Source: an uncultured delta proteobacterium
GTDB lineage: Bacteria; Desulfobacterota; Desulfobacteria; Desulfobacterales; QNYZ01
DNA length: 64,000 nucleotides
Reading direction: 5' to 3'
Assembly (NCBI GenBank): GCA_963845145.1
Contig: CAWJQU010000001.1
Coordinates: 128,001-192,000 of the forward strand
The stretch's first letter is position 1. Each line of letters starts with the position of its first letter. The position numbers and the translations under genes were made by a program. Of the stretch, positions 19,845 to 30,012 are shown piece after piece. The notes under the pieces were generated by a model, which made no database searches, had not been told where the DNA came from, and saw only the letters and a program-made list of their open reading frames with translations.

Positions 19845-19995
19845 AGTTTGAGATTTACCTATTAAAAAATTATACCGGCCCCAGGTCTTCCAGACCGATA
19901 ATTTTACCGCGCTGAGTTGTTAGGACAAATAGTATCAGAACTATTGCCAATTGGCCCCTTTTGCGTAAAATATTTTGGCTCAATCCAATTTAAGT

Positions 19996-20445
19996 TTAAG
20001 ACCAATTCTGTATTTCGATTATATTCCCCTCAGGATCAGTCATATAGACAAAGGTCAAAAAGCCAACACCATCGATTTCTTTTGTTGAAATTTCACCTAA
20101 GCCGGTACCGCCATGAGAAAGGACCTGTTTTCGGGTTTCTTCGACATCATCAACATGAAATGCGATGTGACCAAACCCTTTTCTATTGGCCAAAGGGTGT
20201 AAATTCTTCTCGGTTTTTTCATACTGATAAATCTCAAGAGTAGGGCCATGATCCCCAAATCCAGGCAATCGAAGATGCATACCTTTGAGATGCGCCTTCT
20301 TTACACCCGTCCCCTTATCCAACCATGATCCCGATAAATCTCTTTCTGGAGGCACAGGTTTACATTCGAATACTTTTTGGTAAAAATCGGCCAGTTTTTT
20401 CCAATCGGTGCTGACAATATTGGTGTGTGTGTATTTTATAGACAT
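19996..20445 (-). CDS. VOC/glyoxalase family protein
   Basis: HTNIV..D...LADFY, TLEIYQY, GFGHIAFHVDDV, YMTDPEGNIIEI. Confidence 0.92.
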   Translation of the reverse strand: MSIKYTHTNIVSTDWKKLADFYQKVFECKPVPPERDLSGSWLDKGTGVKKAHLKGMHLRLPGFGDHGPTLEIYQYEKTEKNLHPLANRKGFGHIAFHVDDVEETRKQVLSHGGTGLGEISTKEIDGVGFLTFVYMTDPEGNIIEIQNWS

Positions 20446-20514
20446 TGTGAAAAATTCCTTTGTTGAGAAGATATAGACAATCCTTTTTTAAACTTCCTGT
20501 CAATACTAAAAAAG

Positions 20515-20672
20515 TGATGAAATTGTAGAAAATCATCAAAAGGGATGGCAAAGTAAAAAGTCCAAGTTCAAGGCGTCGCGAATCCGGTGTGATGAGGCGT
20601 ACTTATCGTACGCCGCAATCACGACGGGATGAAGCGCAACGCAGTCGCCACGGGCGGATTACGAAGCCATCA
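20515..20672. repeat. MITE-like non-coding repeat
   Basis: TGATGAAATTGTA / GATGGCAAAGTAA ... TTACGAAGCCATCA inverted ends; internal hairpin GGCGTAC-TTATC-GTACGCC. Confidence 0.55.
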
Positions 20673-20942
20673 AAAAGTAAAATTTCACCGATTCAGGTTG
20701 GCTGTTTTTTTAGTCCATTAGATGTCTTTCATTGTGTCAAAGCAACCCTTAAAAATATCAAAAGAGCCTAAAAATATGGCGTCTATGGTATCCTTTTCCT
20801 GTTTTGCCTGATATGATTTGTTTTTTATAGCGACGAACCCAAAATCAAACCCTTTTTCATAAAAATGATACCATAGGCCATGAATTAGTCCATGAATTTG
20901 GTCTCAATGACGATTCAAAATCTTTTATAAAATGAGGATATC

Positions 20943-22151
20943 GTGGAGAAATTGACCGATGATCAGGTTGATTCGATTGAGAATCGCACGTTAAAAAGCC
21001 AAATCGGGCCGATTCTTCTCTTAACCTCGGTTTTTTTTCTTAATTTCATTTCCCGCATTGCCCTCGCTCCCATCATGCCCAATGTGGTGTCCAATTTGAA
21101 ATTGAGTAATGCCGATGCTGGTTCTTTTTTTCTATTTATTTCAATTGGATACTTTACCACTTTACTGGGTTCCGGGTTTTTATCTGCCTATTTTACCCAT
21201 AAAAAAATCATCAGCGGTTCAATACTGGCGGTCGGCCTGGCCTGTTTCTTGATTTCGGTCAGCCAGGGAATCTGGAGTATCCGTCTTGGTCTGCTGTTCC
21301 TCGGAATGGCGGCGGGGCCATATATCCCAACGGGAATGGCAACACTGACGGCATTAACAACCTCACGACATTGGGGAAAGGTTATTGCCATTCATGAAGT
21401 GGCGCCCAACCTCGCTTTTATTGTGGCCCCCCTGGCAGTGGAAGCCATTTTACTCCAATTTTCATGGCGGGCCGTGTTCGTTCTGATAGGTACCCTGGCA
21501 GTGATTCTGGCCGTTGTCTTTGCACGTTTCGGGCGTGGTGGTGAATTTAAAGGTCAGGTTCCAAATGTCGCCTCAATGAAGGCTCTTTTTGGCAATCCTG
21601 CTTTCGGCATCATGATTGTTTTATTCAGTTTAGGGATCAGCGGCACACTGGGTCTGTTTACGATGTTGCCGTTATATCTCGTATCTGAGCAGGGGTTTGA
21701 CCGAAGCTGGGCCAACACATTGATCGCTTTGTCCCGAATCGGTGGGCTCGGTATCGTTTTTTTCGGCGGTTGGACTGTGGATCGGTTTGGCCCCAAACGG
21801 GTGCTCAAAATCGTTTTTGCCTTATCGGGCGTACTGACCCTATTGCTGGGGCTGGTGCCTAAAAGCTGGATTTCCCTCATAATCATTCTGCAGCCCCTTG
21901 TAGCGGTCTGCTTTTTTCCGGCCGGGTTGGCCGCATTATCCATGATAACCTCTCCAAAAGAACGTAATATTACGGTATCTCTCACCGTCCCCTTGGCCTT
22001 TTTAATCGGTGGTGGTGTCACACCGGCATTGATCGGCTTTTTCGGTGATTTTGGTTCGTTTGCATTGGGGATCGGCATTGTCGGTGGTATGACCCTTGCC
22101 GGAGCAATCCTTCCAGGGTTCCTGAAATTTTATGAACACCCTGATGAATAA
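20943..22151 (+). CDS. MFS transporter
   Basis: About 12 hydrophobic segments; GWTVDRFGPKR loop motif. Confidence 0.9.
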   Translation: MEKLTDDQVDSIENRTLKSQIGPILLLTSVFFLNFISRIALAPIMPNVVSNLKLSNADAGSFFLFISIGYFTTLLGSGFLSAYFTHKKIISGSILAVGLACFLISVSQGIWSIRLGLLFLGMAAGPYIPTGMATLTALTTSRHWGKVIAIHEVAPNLAFIVAPLAVEAILLQFSWRAVFVLIGTLAVILAVVFARFGRGGEFKGQVPNVASMKALFGNPAFGIMIVLFSLGISGTLGLFTMLPLYLVSEQGFDRSWANTLIALSRIGGLGIVFFGGWTVDRFGPKRVLKIVFALSGVLTLLLGLVPKSWISLIIILQPLVAVCFFPAGLAALSMITSPKERNITVSLTVPLAFLIGGGVTPALIGFFGDFGSFALGIGIVGGMTLAGAILPGFLKFYEHPDE

Positions 22152-22315
22152 TTATTGACCTGTGATTGAACGATCTCCCCTTATTTTTTTTCTTGACACC
22201 CTCACCCTTAGAACGTATCTAAGTATGCCAACATACGAGCATGCTCGATCCAAATCAAATGCACTGGCCCTTTTAAATTGAGATCGCTTGACGCCTCGGG
22301 TTTAAAAAAAAGGAA

Positions 22316-23053
22316 TTGATTGTGACTATTCAGTCCATCCCCCTGTTTATTCAGGTGGCCGAAACCATTAAGAAACGTATCTTAAGCCACGAGTACGGAT
22401 TGGGAGGGGCGATCCCATCGGCCAAAAAGTTGGAAAACGAGTTTAACGTCAGCAACATCACCATCCGTCGCGCCATGGAAGTGCTTACCTCGGATGGCTA
22501 TATCATTCCCCGCCGAGGTACGTGTGCCCAAGTCGCCGAACGACAAAATGATGTCGTTGAAATGGAAATTACCGGTGACTTTTGGAACTGGATCGATACA
22601 GTCGCCGGACGAAAATTGGCCATCGCGGCAGAAGTTATCGACCGGCAGGTGATTGAATGTCCTGAACCGATTCGCGCAATGTTGTCACTAAAATCGGATG
22701 AAAAAGTAGAGCGCATCAAGCGTATTCGTAAATGGAAAGATGAACCGATATCCTTTTTCATTAACTACGGTCCCGCAAAATATTTAAAACAATTGACCAA
22801 CCGGGATATTGAAAAGCAGACCTTTATCGAAGCCTTCCAAAGAGTATGCCGGGTCAAACCGGAGTCGGTGGAACAAAAGGTCCAGGCCACAACGGCCGAC
22901 ATGGATCTCGCGGCCATATTACAAGTTAAATTCGGCTTTCCCTTGTTTTTTATGCAAAATATCTTTTTTTCGGAGAATAAAATACCCATGGCCGTGACCC
23001 ACATGTACTATCGATCGGACCGCTATGTTTATACGATCAAAAGAAACTTGTGA
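22316..23053 (+). CDS. GntR family regulator, HutC/UTRA subfamily
   Basis: PLFIQVAE.I...IPS...FNVSNITIRRA...RGT plus UTRA-like C-terminus (YRSDRY). Confidence 0.88.
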   Translation: MIVTIQSIPLFIQVAETIKKRILSHEYGLGGAIPSAKKLENEFNVSNITIRRAMEVLTSDGYIIPRRGTCAQVAERQNDVVEMEITGDFWNWIDTVAGRKLAIAAEVIDRQVIECPEPIRAMLSLKSDEKVERIKRIRKWKDEPISFFINYGPAKYLKQLTNRDIEKQTFIEAFQRVCRVKPESVEQKVQATTADMDLAAILQVKFGFPLFFMQNIFFSENKIPMAVTHMYYRSDRYVYTIKRNL

Positions 23054-23120
23054 TAAAATGGGTAAAGCGTAAGCGATTTAAGCATCTATTTGATAATCCA
23101 AATTAAAAGAGGAGACTAAA

Positions 23121-24215
23121 ATGACAAACACCTATCAAATCGCCGTGATTCCCGGCGATGGCACCGGACTCGAAGTGGTTAATGAAGGCCGAAAAGCGAT
23201 GCAAGCGGCCGCCGACCGCTTTGGGTTTAATCTGGAAATGACGGATTTCGATTTCGGCGGGGAACGCTACCTTCGCACCGGCGAAGTGCTCCCCGAAACA
23301 GCGGTAGCTGAACTTCAAACGTTTGATGCCATTTACCTGGGTGCTATCGGTCATCCGGATGTCAAACCCGGCATTTTGGAAAAAGGCATCTTATTAAATC
23401 TTAGATTCGAACTGGATCAGTATATCAACCTGCGACCGGTACGCCTCTATCCCGGTGTGGCGACCCCACTTAAAGATAAAACGCCGGAAGATATCGACTA
23501 TGTGGTCATTAGAGAAAACTCAGGGGGAATCTACACGGGTACCGGCGGCATCTCCATGAAGGGAACACCTCATGAGGTCGCTGTTCAGAGTATGGTCTAC
23601 AATCGTTTCCAGGTAGAGCGCTGTCTTCGCTATGCTTTTGAGTATACCCGTAAATTCGGAAAAAAAGCGCGAGGTAAGGGTGATACCAATACGCTGGGCC
23701 TGGTGGGTAAAACCAATGTGCTGACCTACGTATTTGACCTTTGGGAGCGGGTTTTTCATGAAATCGGCGAAAAGGATTATCCCGATGTAAAACGGGAATA
23801 CTACCATGTGGATGCCACCTGCATGTGGATGGTTAAAAGCCCCGAATGGTTTGATGTATTGGTGACCTCCAATATGTTTGGCGATATCATTACCGACCTG
23901 GGCGCCGAAACTCAAGGCGGTATGGGTATTGCCGCGGGCGGTAATATCAATCCCGAAGGCGTCAGCATGTTCGAACCCATCGGTGGTTCAGCGCCCAAAT
24001 ACACCGGCCAGAACATTATCAATCCGTTGGCCGCCATCTGCGCCGGCGCCATGATGCTGGAAACCCTGGGAGAAACCCAAGCGGCCACGGCCGTGGAGGA
24101 AGCGGTTAAAAAAGTGACCGGTACCAAAATAAAAAATCTGGGTGCCGGGAAAATGGGTTATTCCACCAGTGAAGTTGGCGACCTGGTTGTCGAAAATATC
24201 AAAGGCGATGCTTAG
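23121..24215 (+). CDS. leuB: 3-isopropylmalate dehydrogenase (isocitrate/isopropylmalate/tartrate dehydrogenase family)
   Basis: [52 protein letters not shown]. Confidence 0.85.
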   Translation: MTNTYQIAVIPGDGTGLEVVNEGRKAMQAAADRFGFNLEMTDFDFGGERYLRTGEVLPETAVAELQTFDAIYLGAIGHPDVKPGILEKGILLNLRFELDQYINLRPVRLYPGVATPLKDKTPEDIDYVVIRENSGGIYTGTGGISMKGTPHEVAVQSMVYNRFQVERCLRYAFEYTRKFGKKARGKGDTNTLGLVGKTNVLTYVFDLWERVFHEIGEKDYPDVKREYYHVDATCMWMVKSPEWFDVLVTSNMFGDIITDLGAETQGGMGIAAGGNINPEGVSMFEPIGGSAPKYTGQNIINPLAAICAGAMMLETLGETQAATAVEEAVKKVTGTKIKNLGAGKMGYSTSEVGDLVVENIKGDA

Positions 24216-24277
24216 ATGATACTTGGTTACAGCCGTTTGATAAGCATACGACTACAAACATAAGGCAGAGCAGGCCC

Positions 24278-25090
24278 TTGGAAAATAATAGCAAAAACTA
24301 CCAGTGGAATGCCGGTGAATATGCCCAACACTCCCAATCCCAGTTTGAATGGGCTTCCGAACTGATAGGGAGGCTAAATCTGCGGGGAGATGAGAGTCTA
24401 TTGGATATTGGCTGCGGTGACGGCAAAGTCACCGCGGCCATTGCCGAAAGCTTGCCGCATGGACGAGTGGTTGGCATCGACAGTTCAAAAGAGATGATTG
24501 CCCTGGCAAAAGACCGCTATGGCGATGCCCCTGATTCACACATCGTTTTCGAGCATAGGGATATTCGGGAATTGGCGGAAAATGATCGCTATGATGTTGT
24601 CTTCTCCAACGCCGCCCTGCACTGGATTAAAAACCATCCCCCTATTCTACACCGTATCGCAAAAGCCTTAAAAAGGGGCGGGTCCCTGCTTTTTCAAATG
24701 GGCGGCAAAGGAAATGCCGAACAAGTTATCACCATCGTGAAACGGTTGATTGAAGGAAAATGGGAAGAATACTTCAAAGATTTTGAATTCCCCTACGGTT
24801 TCCACGGCCCTGAAGAGTACTCGCAATGGCTGGTGGACGCCGGCTTGACGCCCCGCCGGGTCGAACTCATTGAAAAAGATATGCGTCACAAGGGAAGAGA
24901 CAAATTTGCCGGTTGGATCAAAACCACATGGTTGCCCTACCTGGAGCGTGTGCCGGAAGGTCGCAGAGAATCCTTTATTGAAGATATCACTGATTCTTAT
25001 CTCAATGCTCATCCTGCAGAGGATGATGGCACGGTTCATGTGGCCATGAAGCGATTAGAAGTCGAAGCCCTATGTGATAATGAAATTTAG
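24278..25090 (+). CDS. SAM-dependent methyltransferase, trans-aconitate methyltransferase (Tam)-like
   Basis: WNAGEY, LLDIGCGDGKVT, DVVFSNAALHW. Confidence 0.85.
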   Translation: MENNSKNYQWNAGEYAQHSQSQFEWASELIGRLNLRGDESLLDIGCGDGKVTAAIAESLPHGRVVGIDSSKEMIALAKDRYGDAPDSHIVFEHRDIRELAENDRYDVVFSNAALHWIKNHPPILHRIAKALKRGGSLLFQMGGKGNAEQVITIVKRLIEGKWEEYFKDFEFPYGFHGPEEYSQWLVDAGLTPRRVELIEKDMRHKGRDKFAGWIKTTWLPYLERVPEGRRESFIEDITDSYLNAHPAEDDGTVHVAMKRLEVEALCDNEI

Positions 25091-25141
25091 ATCACATTTT
25101 TTGGAAATATGATAGACGCCTTAGCGGTTTAAACCGATCAA

Positions 25142-26278
25142 TCATAGATTGCACCAGCGCCGCATTATTTCAGTATATATTTCCACCGCCTGTTCAATCT
25201 GTTCTATTTTACAATATTCATCGATTTTATGGGCCATTTCAGTCTCCCCCGGTCCTAGAATAACCGTTGGGGCATTGCCGTAGGCTGACGCTAATACAGA
25301 TCCATCAGTGAAATAAGGCGCGGTCTTAACCGTGGGACTGTATCCAAGAATTTTTGATGTGACATCAAATACGTCCTGCATCCATTCATCCGTTGGGGAT
25401 GTCCAAATGGCAGGTAAATCAGTGATTTTTTCCAGTGCAACAGAGGCGCCAAGATACTCGGCTATTTTGTCATACAATTGGGCATGATCCAGTCCAGGTA
25501 AAGATCTAATATCGATTTCAATTTGTGCCTCGTCCGGTACGGAATTTAAATTTTGTCCCCCCCGGATCGTACCGACATTTAAGGTCGGTACGCCCAAATA
25601 TTCATGCCGCTTGACATCAAATTCAAATTCTTCCAGTTTTAAAATCGCGTGGCACATTTTATAAATGGCATTATCGCCTAAATGCGGCATTGATCCGTGG
25701 GCTGCCTTTCCCCGGCAACATCCCTTCAACCACAGCGCCCCCTTATGGCCTACAAATGGCGCATTACCTGTCGGTTCAGCAACAACAATGGCCCCCGCAT
25801 TTCCGATTATTTCACGCTTGGAAGCTAGGTCTATTGCACCTTCGCAGCCGGTCTCTTCGCCCCCGGTGATCACCAGAACAATCCCCGGACTGGTATCCAA
25901 TTGGTCCCCCAGGCCCAGCGATGCACAAATAGCGGCAGAGATTCCACCTTTCATATCACATGTCCCACGGCCATAGATGCGGCCGTTATGGATCTCCGCG
26001 GCAAACGGATCGAAAGACCATTTTTGAGTGCCCAGGGGAACCGTATCGATATGGCCTGTAAAACAAATAGGCAGCTTATCAGCTTGCCCCCCACGCCGCG
26101 CAACAAGGTTTAACCGCTTGTCACCGAACGACTCGAGCCGAACCTTGAAGCCGCCCTGTTCTAAAATCTTCGCCAGAAAAGTGGCCGCATCCATCTCGTT
26201 TCCCGGAGGATTAATCGTATTATACGTCACCAACTTGCGAGCGAGTTCCAAAACTTTGAGTTTTGCCGACATGATCAC
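25142..26278 (-). CDS. M20 family metallopeptidase/deacylase (ArgE/DapE-like)
   Basis: GHIDTVP, GRGTCDMKGG, GEETG, AEPT, AHGSMP, AHKIDEY. Confidence 0.92.
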   Translation of the reverse strand: MIMSAKLKVLELARKLVTYNTINPPGNEMDAATFLAKILEQGGFKVRLESFGDKRLNLVARRGGQADKLPICFTGHIDTVPLGTQKWSFDPFAAEIHNGRIYGRGTCDMKGGISAAICASLGLGDQLDTSPGIVLVITGGEETGCEGAIDLASKREIIGNAGAIVVAEPTGNAPFVGHKGALWLKGCCRGKAAHGSMPHLGDNAIYKMCHAILKLEEFEFDVKRHEYLGVPTLNVGTIRGGQNLNSVPDEAQIEIDIRSLPGLDHAQLYDKIAEYLGASVALEKITDLPAIWTSPTDEWMQDVFDVTSKILGYSPTVKTAPYFTDGSVLASAYGNAPTVILGPGETEMAHKIDEYCKIEQIEQAVEIYTEIMRRWCNL

Positions 26279-26304
26279 CTTTCTAAATATTAATAAATGG
26301 TATC

Positions 26305-27027
26305 CTATCCAAAATAAGCTTGGTGGACTTCTTTGTTTTTCAATAAATTATCGGCTTTTCCCTGCGCCACAATCCGCCCCTGTGAGAGGACATAACCGTA
26401 ATGAGAGATGGACAACGTCTGATGAACATTTTGTTCAACCAGAAACACTGTGATGCCTTGGCCGTTAATTCGATGAATAATATTGAAGTTTTCACTGACC
26501 AAAATAGGCGACAATCCAAGTGACGGTTCATCGATTAACAATACCTTGGGTGCGCTCATCAAGCCCCGGCCAATAGAAACCATCGCTTGTTCGCCCCCGG
26601 ATAAAGTACCCGCCAATTGCGTTTTACGGTTGCCAAGATGGGGAAAAATCTCATACACATGGTCCAAACGGATTCCAATCACTTTCTGTGAACGCTCCTG
26701 GTATCCCCCGAGACGCAAGTTTTCCTCTACAGTCAACTTGGAAAAAACCTTGCGCCCTTCTGGAATACAGGCAATCCCAGCAGCAATAATCTTATGAGTG
26801 GGCAAACCCACAAGATCGACATCTCCGATGCATATACGACCCGTTCTTGGCTGCGTCAAGCCGAGGATAGATCGAATCAGTGCTGTTTTACCGGAGCCGT
26901 TAGAGCCCAGGAGACAAGTAATTTTACCGGGTTTTACAGTTAAGGAAACATCCTGGAGAACATCAGCGGACCCATATGCAGTGTAAACTTTTTCGACGGC
27001 AAGGCCACAATTGTCGCTTAGTGTCAT
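26305..27027 (-). CDS. livF: branched-chain amino acid-type ABC transporter ATPase
   Basis: GSNGSGKT, PEGRKVF..LTVEENL, LSGGEQAM, IDEPSLGLSP, LVEQN. Confidence 0.9.
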   Translation of the reverse strand: MTLSDNCGLAVEKVYTAYGSADVLQDVSLTVKPGKITCLLGSNGSGKTALIRSILGLTQPRTGRICIGDVDLVGLPTHKIIAAGIACIPEGRKVFSKLTVEENLRLGGYQERSQKVIGIRLDHVYEIFPHLGNRKTQLAGTLSGGEQAMVSIGRGLMSAPKVLLIDEPSLGLSPILVSENFNIIHRINGQGITVFLVEQNVHQTLSISHYGYVLSQGRIVAQGKADNLLKNKEVHQAYFG

Positions 27028-27809
27028 TCAACCCCCAAGTATGCTTCTTGAACCAATTTATCAGAAGCTATTTCCTGATACGTCCCTTCGCAAATTTTCC
27101 GGCCGAAGTTGAGAACGACACATCTGTCTGTTACCCTCTCGATCATGCCCATCTCATGCTCCACCAGGATAATCGACAATCCCGGGATAATATCGCGGGC
27201 TTCCAATATATCATCCATCAGCTGACGCGTTTCTTCTTCGGTCATACCAGCGGAAGGCTCGTCAAGAAGAAGCAAACGCGGGTAGCTAATCAACGCACGG
27301 CAAATCTCAATTCTACGGCGGTCAATCATTGAGAAGGATTCAACTTCTTTCATCATTTGATCGGCCAGTGACGGGTTGAAAATGTGCAACAAGTCACGCG
27401 CCTCCCGCTGTGACTCATCAAGTTGCTGTCTCAAGGCTTTGCGATTGAATATATTAAAATAAAGCCCATGATTAAGGCGACGATGGTTCCCGATCATGAT
27501 GTTATCAAAAATCGACAATTCCAGGCACAACCGGGAGCGCTGAAAAGTCCTGGCGACACCCGCCCCATATACTTTTTGGGCGGTCCAGTTCGTTATGTCC
27601 CGACCTTTAAGTTCGACCGCCCCTGCGTCCGCAGAGTAAATGCCGGTTAGAACATTGAACGAAGTGGTCTTGCCGGATCCGTTTGGGCCAATCAGGCCAA
27701 GGATCTGCCCCTCCTGAACATCCATGTCCAGTTGTTCAAGCGCAATGACACCACCAAACCTTTTCGTCAATCCACGAAAAGACAGAACCGTTTCACTATC
27801 ATTGCTCAT
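27024..27809 (-). CDS. livG: branched-chain amino acid-type ABC transporter ATPase
   Basis: GLIGPNGSGKTT, ARTFQ, LLLDEPSAGM, LVEHEM, VQEAYLG. Confidence 0.9.
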   Translation of the reverse strand: MSNDSETVLSFRGLTKRFGGVIALEQLDMDVQEGQILGLIGPNGSGKTTSFNVLTGIYSADAGAVELKGRDITNWTAQKVYGAGVARTFQRSRLCLELSIFDNIMIGNHRRLNHGLYFNIFNRKALRQQLDESQREARDLLHIFNPSLADQMMKEVESFSMIDRRRIEICRALISYPRLLLLDEPSAGMTEEETRQLMDDILEARDIIPGLSIILVEHEMGMIERVTDRCVVLNFGRKICEGTYQEIASDKLVQEAYLGVE

Positions 27810-28993
27810 TGAGCCCTCCAATCCGGAAAATATTTGCGAAGCCTCCGTGGCAGAAGACCGTCCGGACGGAAAAGAAGAATAAGCATCACGCCAATCGCAA
27901 AAACAAGAAATCGATATTCCTGAATAGCCTGCAATTTTTCAGGTAAAATAATGACAATGCAACTCGCCAAGACCACACCCCACAAATTTCCGATTCCCCC
28001 TAGAAGAATAATTGAAACCATAATCAGAGAGTCACCAAACGTAAAATTGTTGGGTGCAATGAACCCGAGCATCATTGCGTAAAAAGCCCCGGCCACACCC
28101 ATAAAAAAGTTCCCGATGGTAAAAGCCGTAATTTTTAATCGCGCGATATCCATCCCAAAACAAGCCGATGCGGTTTCATCAAGTCGGATGGAATCTAAGC
28201 TTAACCCTACCCATGATCGCTCGATACGCTTGGTAATGATAAAAGCGGCAACGGCTAAAATAAGGGCAAACAATACATAATTGGCGTAAAAGGAAATCTC
28301 GAGCGGTCCAATATAGATGTTTTCGTTAAAATTCCACCCGAATATTTCCATCCCTTTGACCTGAGAACCCTGGGCACCTCCCAGCGAAGCGTTCACTTCT
28401 ACAAAAGTTCGAAACAGCAGGCTAAAGGCAATTGTTACAACAGCGGCATAATGACCCCGTGTTCTCAAAACAGGTAAAATCAATAAACATCCAATGAGAG
28501 CAGCGACCAGGCCACCGATCAGAAGAATCAAAAGTTGAGGTAAATTTGTTTGCATGGTAAGAAACGCGGCGGTATAACCGCCGGCACCGAAAAAGGCGGC
28601 ACCGGCAAAGTTGAGAACACCCGTAAAGCCGAACTGGATGTTCAAGCCTAAACAAGCGATAATATAGATGAGGACTGTCGCTACCATCAGCAAATTAAAA
28701 TGATCTTCATAAAACATTGCGGAAAAAACGACTACCGCTACTACCGCTGCCATGTTTGCTTTGGATTCTTTTGCGACGAACTGCTCTCCAACAAGTTGCG
28801 TCAGCCCGGTACGCGCTCCCACATAACACGCTAAAGCTCCGACAAGAATAAGGCTAATGACGGACAGCTGAGACTCCGAATGCATTATCATGGTTCCATA
28901 TCCAGCAACCACTACAATTGCCGTCCAGAGTGCCCACAGCGATGACCTGGCAGGGTTCTTGGGTTGGGCTTGAGGATTATTGTCTACGTTCAT
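27806..28993 (-). CDS. livM: branched-chain amino acid-type ABC permease
   Basis: LGLNIQFGFTG, LRTRGHYAAVVT, LGGIGN, RPDGLLP. Confidence 0.9.
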   Translation of the reverse strand: MNVDNNPQAQPKNPARSSLWALWTAIVVVAGYGTMIMHSESQLSVISLILVGALACYVGARTGLTQLVGEQFVAKESKANMAAVVAVVVFSAMFYEDHFNLLMVATVLIYIIACLGLNIQFGFTGVLNFAGAAFFGAGGYTAAFLTMQTNLPQLLILLIGGLVAALIGCLLILPVLRTRGHYAAVVTIAFSLLFRTFVEVNASLGGAQGSQVKGMEIFGWNFNENIYIGPLEISFYANYVLFALILAVAAFIITKRIERSWVGLSLDSIRLDETASACFGMDIARLKITAFTIGNFFMGVAGAFYAMMLGFIAPNNFTFGDSLIMVSIILLGGIGNLWGVVLASCIVIILPEKLQAIQEYRFLVFAIGVMLILLFRPDGLLPRRLRKYFPDWRAQ

Positions 28994-29002
28994 ATAAATA
29001 GT

Positions 29003-29923
29003 TCAAACCCTTTCGGATGATTTCTCGGCAATGAGACCGGTCGGACGCCATGCCATGATTGCAATCACTACTGCAAAAGCAAACACATCTTTATATGCAC
29101 TGGAAAAAGGAAGTGCTATCGCGCCCACGGTTTGTAATGCGGCAAACAAAAAGCCTCCCAAAATGGCGCCATAAATGTTTCCAAGTCCACCAACAATTGC
29201 GGCACTAAATCCTATTGCGCCAAGCAATAGTCCCATAGAATAATTGATTTCGCTGTAATAAAGTCCATTCATCACGCCGGCAAACGCTGCAATAGACGAG
29301 CCCAATGCGAACGTGAACAATACGATAAAATTGAAATTAATCCCCATCGTTTTCGCTGTTTCTTCATCTAACGCCACGGCACGTATTGCAAGGCCGAGTT
29401 TGGACCGGTTGATAAGCAGATTGGTTGCTACGATTACCACCAACCCTGCAATGAACAACAATACGCTATCAATCCGTAATGAGAAGTTGCCGGTTGAGAA
29501 CGTTGTAGTCGGTAACAGTGCCGGGAAGAATTTAGAGTTAGAACCCTCCGGAAAAAACAACCGTATAGATTCACGTAATGCAGTTCCAAACATCAACGTT
29601 ATAAGGAGAATATTGAGTGCAGGTGCATGCTTCAGTGGTAAAATCAATATTTTGGCTATAAAAACGCCCAGTATTGCAATCAAGACGGCAGAAAAAATAA
29701 AAATACAGGCCAGTTGAACAAAGTTGTTCTCAACGCCAAGACCTTGTAATGCGAGATAAATCGTCAAACCGGCAAAGGCGCCTCCCATGAGAACATCTCC
29801 ATGGGAAAACTGGATCACGTCGAGAACCCCGAAAAAAAGCGTGAAGCCCAGTGCTACCAAAGCATAAATCATCCCCAGCATCAGGCCGTTTACGATGAAT
29901 TGGCCAATCAGGCTATAGTCCAC
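29003..29923 (-). CDS. livH: branched-chain amino acid-type ABC permease
   Basis: NGLMLGMIYALVALGFTL, GLAIRAVA, VGGLGNIYGA, RPTGL. Confidence 0.9.
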   Translation of the reverse strand: MDYSLIGQFIVNGLMLGMIYALVALGFTLFFGVLDVIQFSHGDVLMGGAFAGLTIYLALQGLGVENNFVQLACIFIFSAVLIAILGVFIAKILILPLKHAPALNILLITLMFGTALRESIRLFFPEGSNSKFFPALLPTTTFSTGNFSLRIDSVLLFIAGLVVIVATNLLINRSKLGLAIRAVALDEETAKTMGINFNFIVLFTFALGSSIAAFAGVMNGLYYSEINYSMGLLLGAIGFSAAIVGGLGNIYGAILGGFLFAALQTVGAIALPFSSAYKDVFAFAVVIAIMAWRPTGLIAEKSSERV

Positions 29924-30012
29924 TATAGTTCCTCGCAACGATATTAAACGTCAATATCGCGCGGGCCCAAAAACATCTATCGAGCCCGCTGATATCTTAA
30001 CAAAACAAATAG

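Larger units (their letters stand above)
7160..20445. mobile_element. eroded integron-cassette-like array without integrase (CALIN-like)
   Basis: About 14 short unrelated genes, visibly AT-richer than the flanks, most separated by attC-like imperfect hairpins or half-sites; no intI in the window. Confidence 0.65.

Noticed and set aside
20775..20882. Long imperfect inverted repeat upstream of the MFS gene as a riboswitch or MITE
   Set aside because: Only the outer ~15 bp pair convincingly; no recognisable aptamer and no second copy in the window
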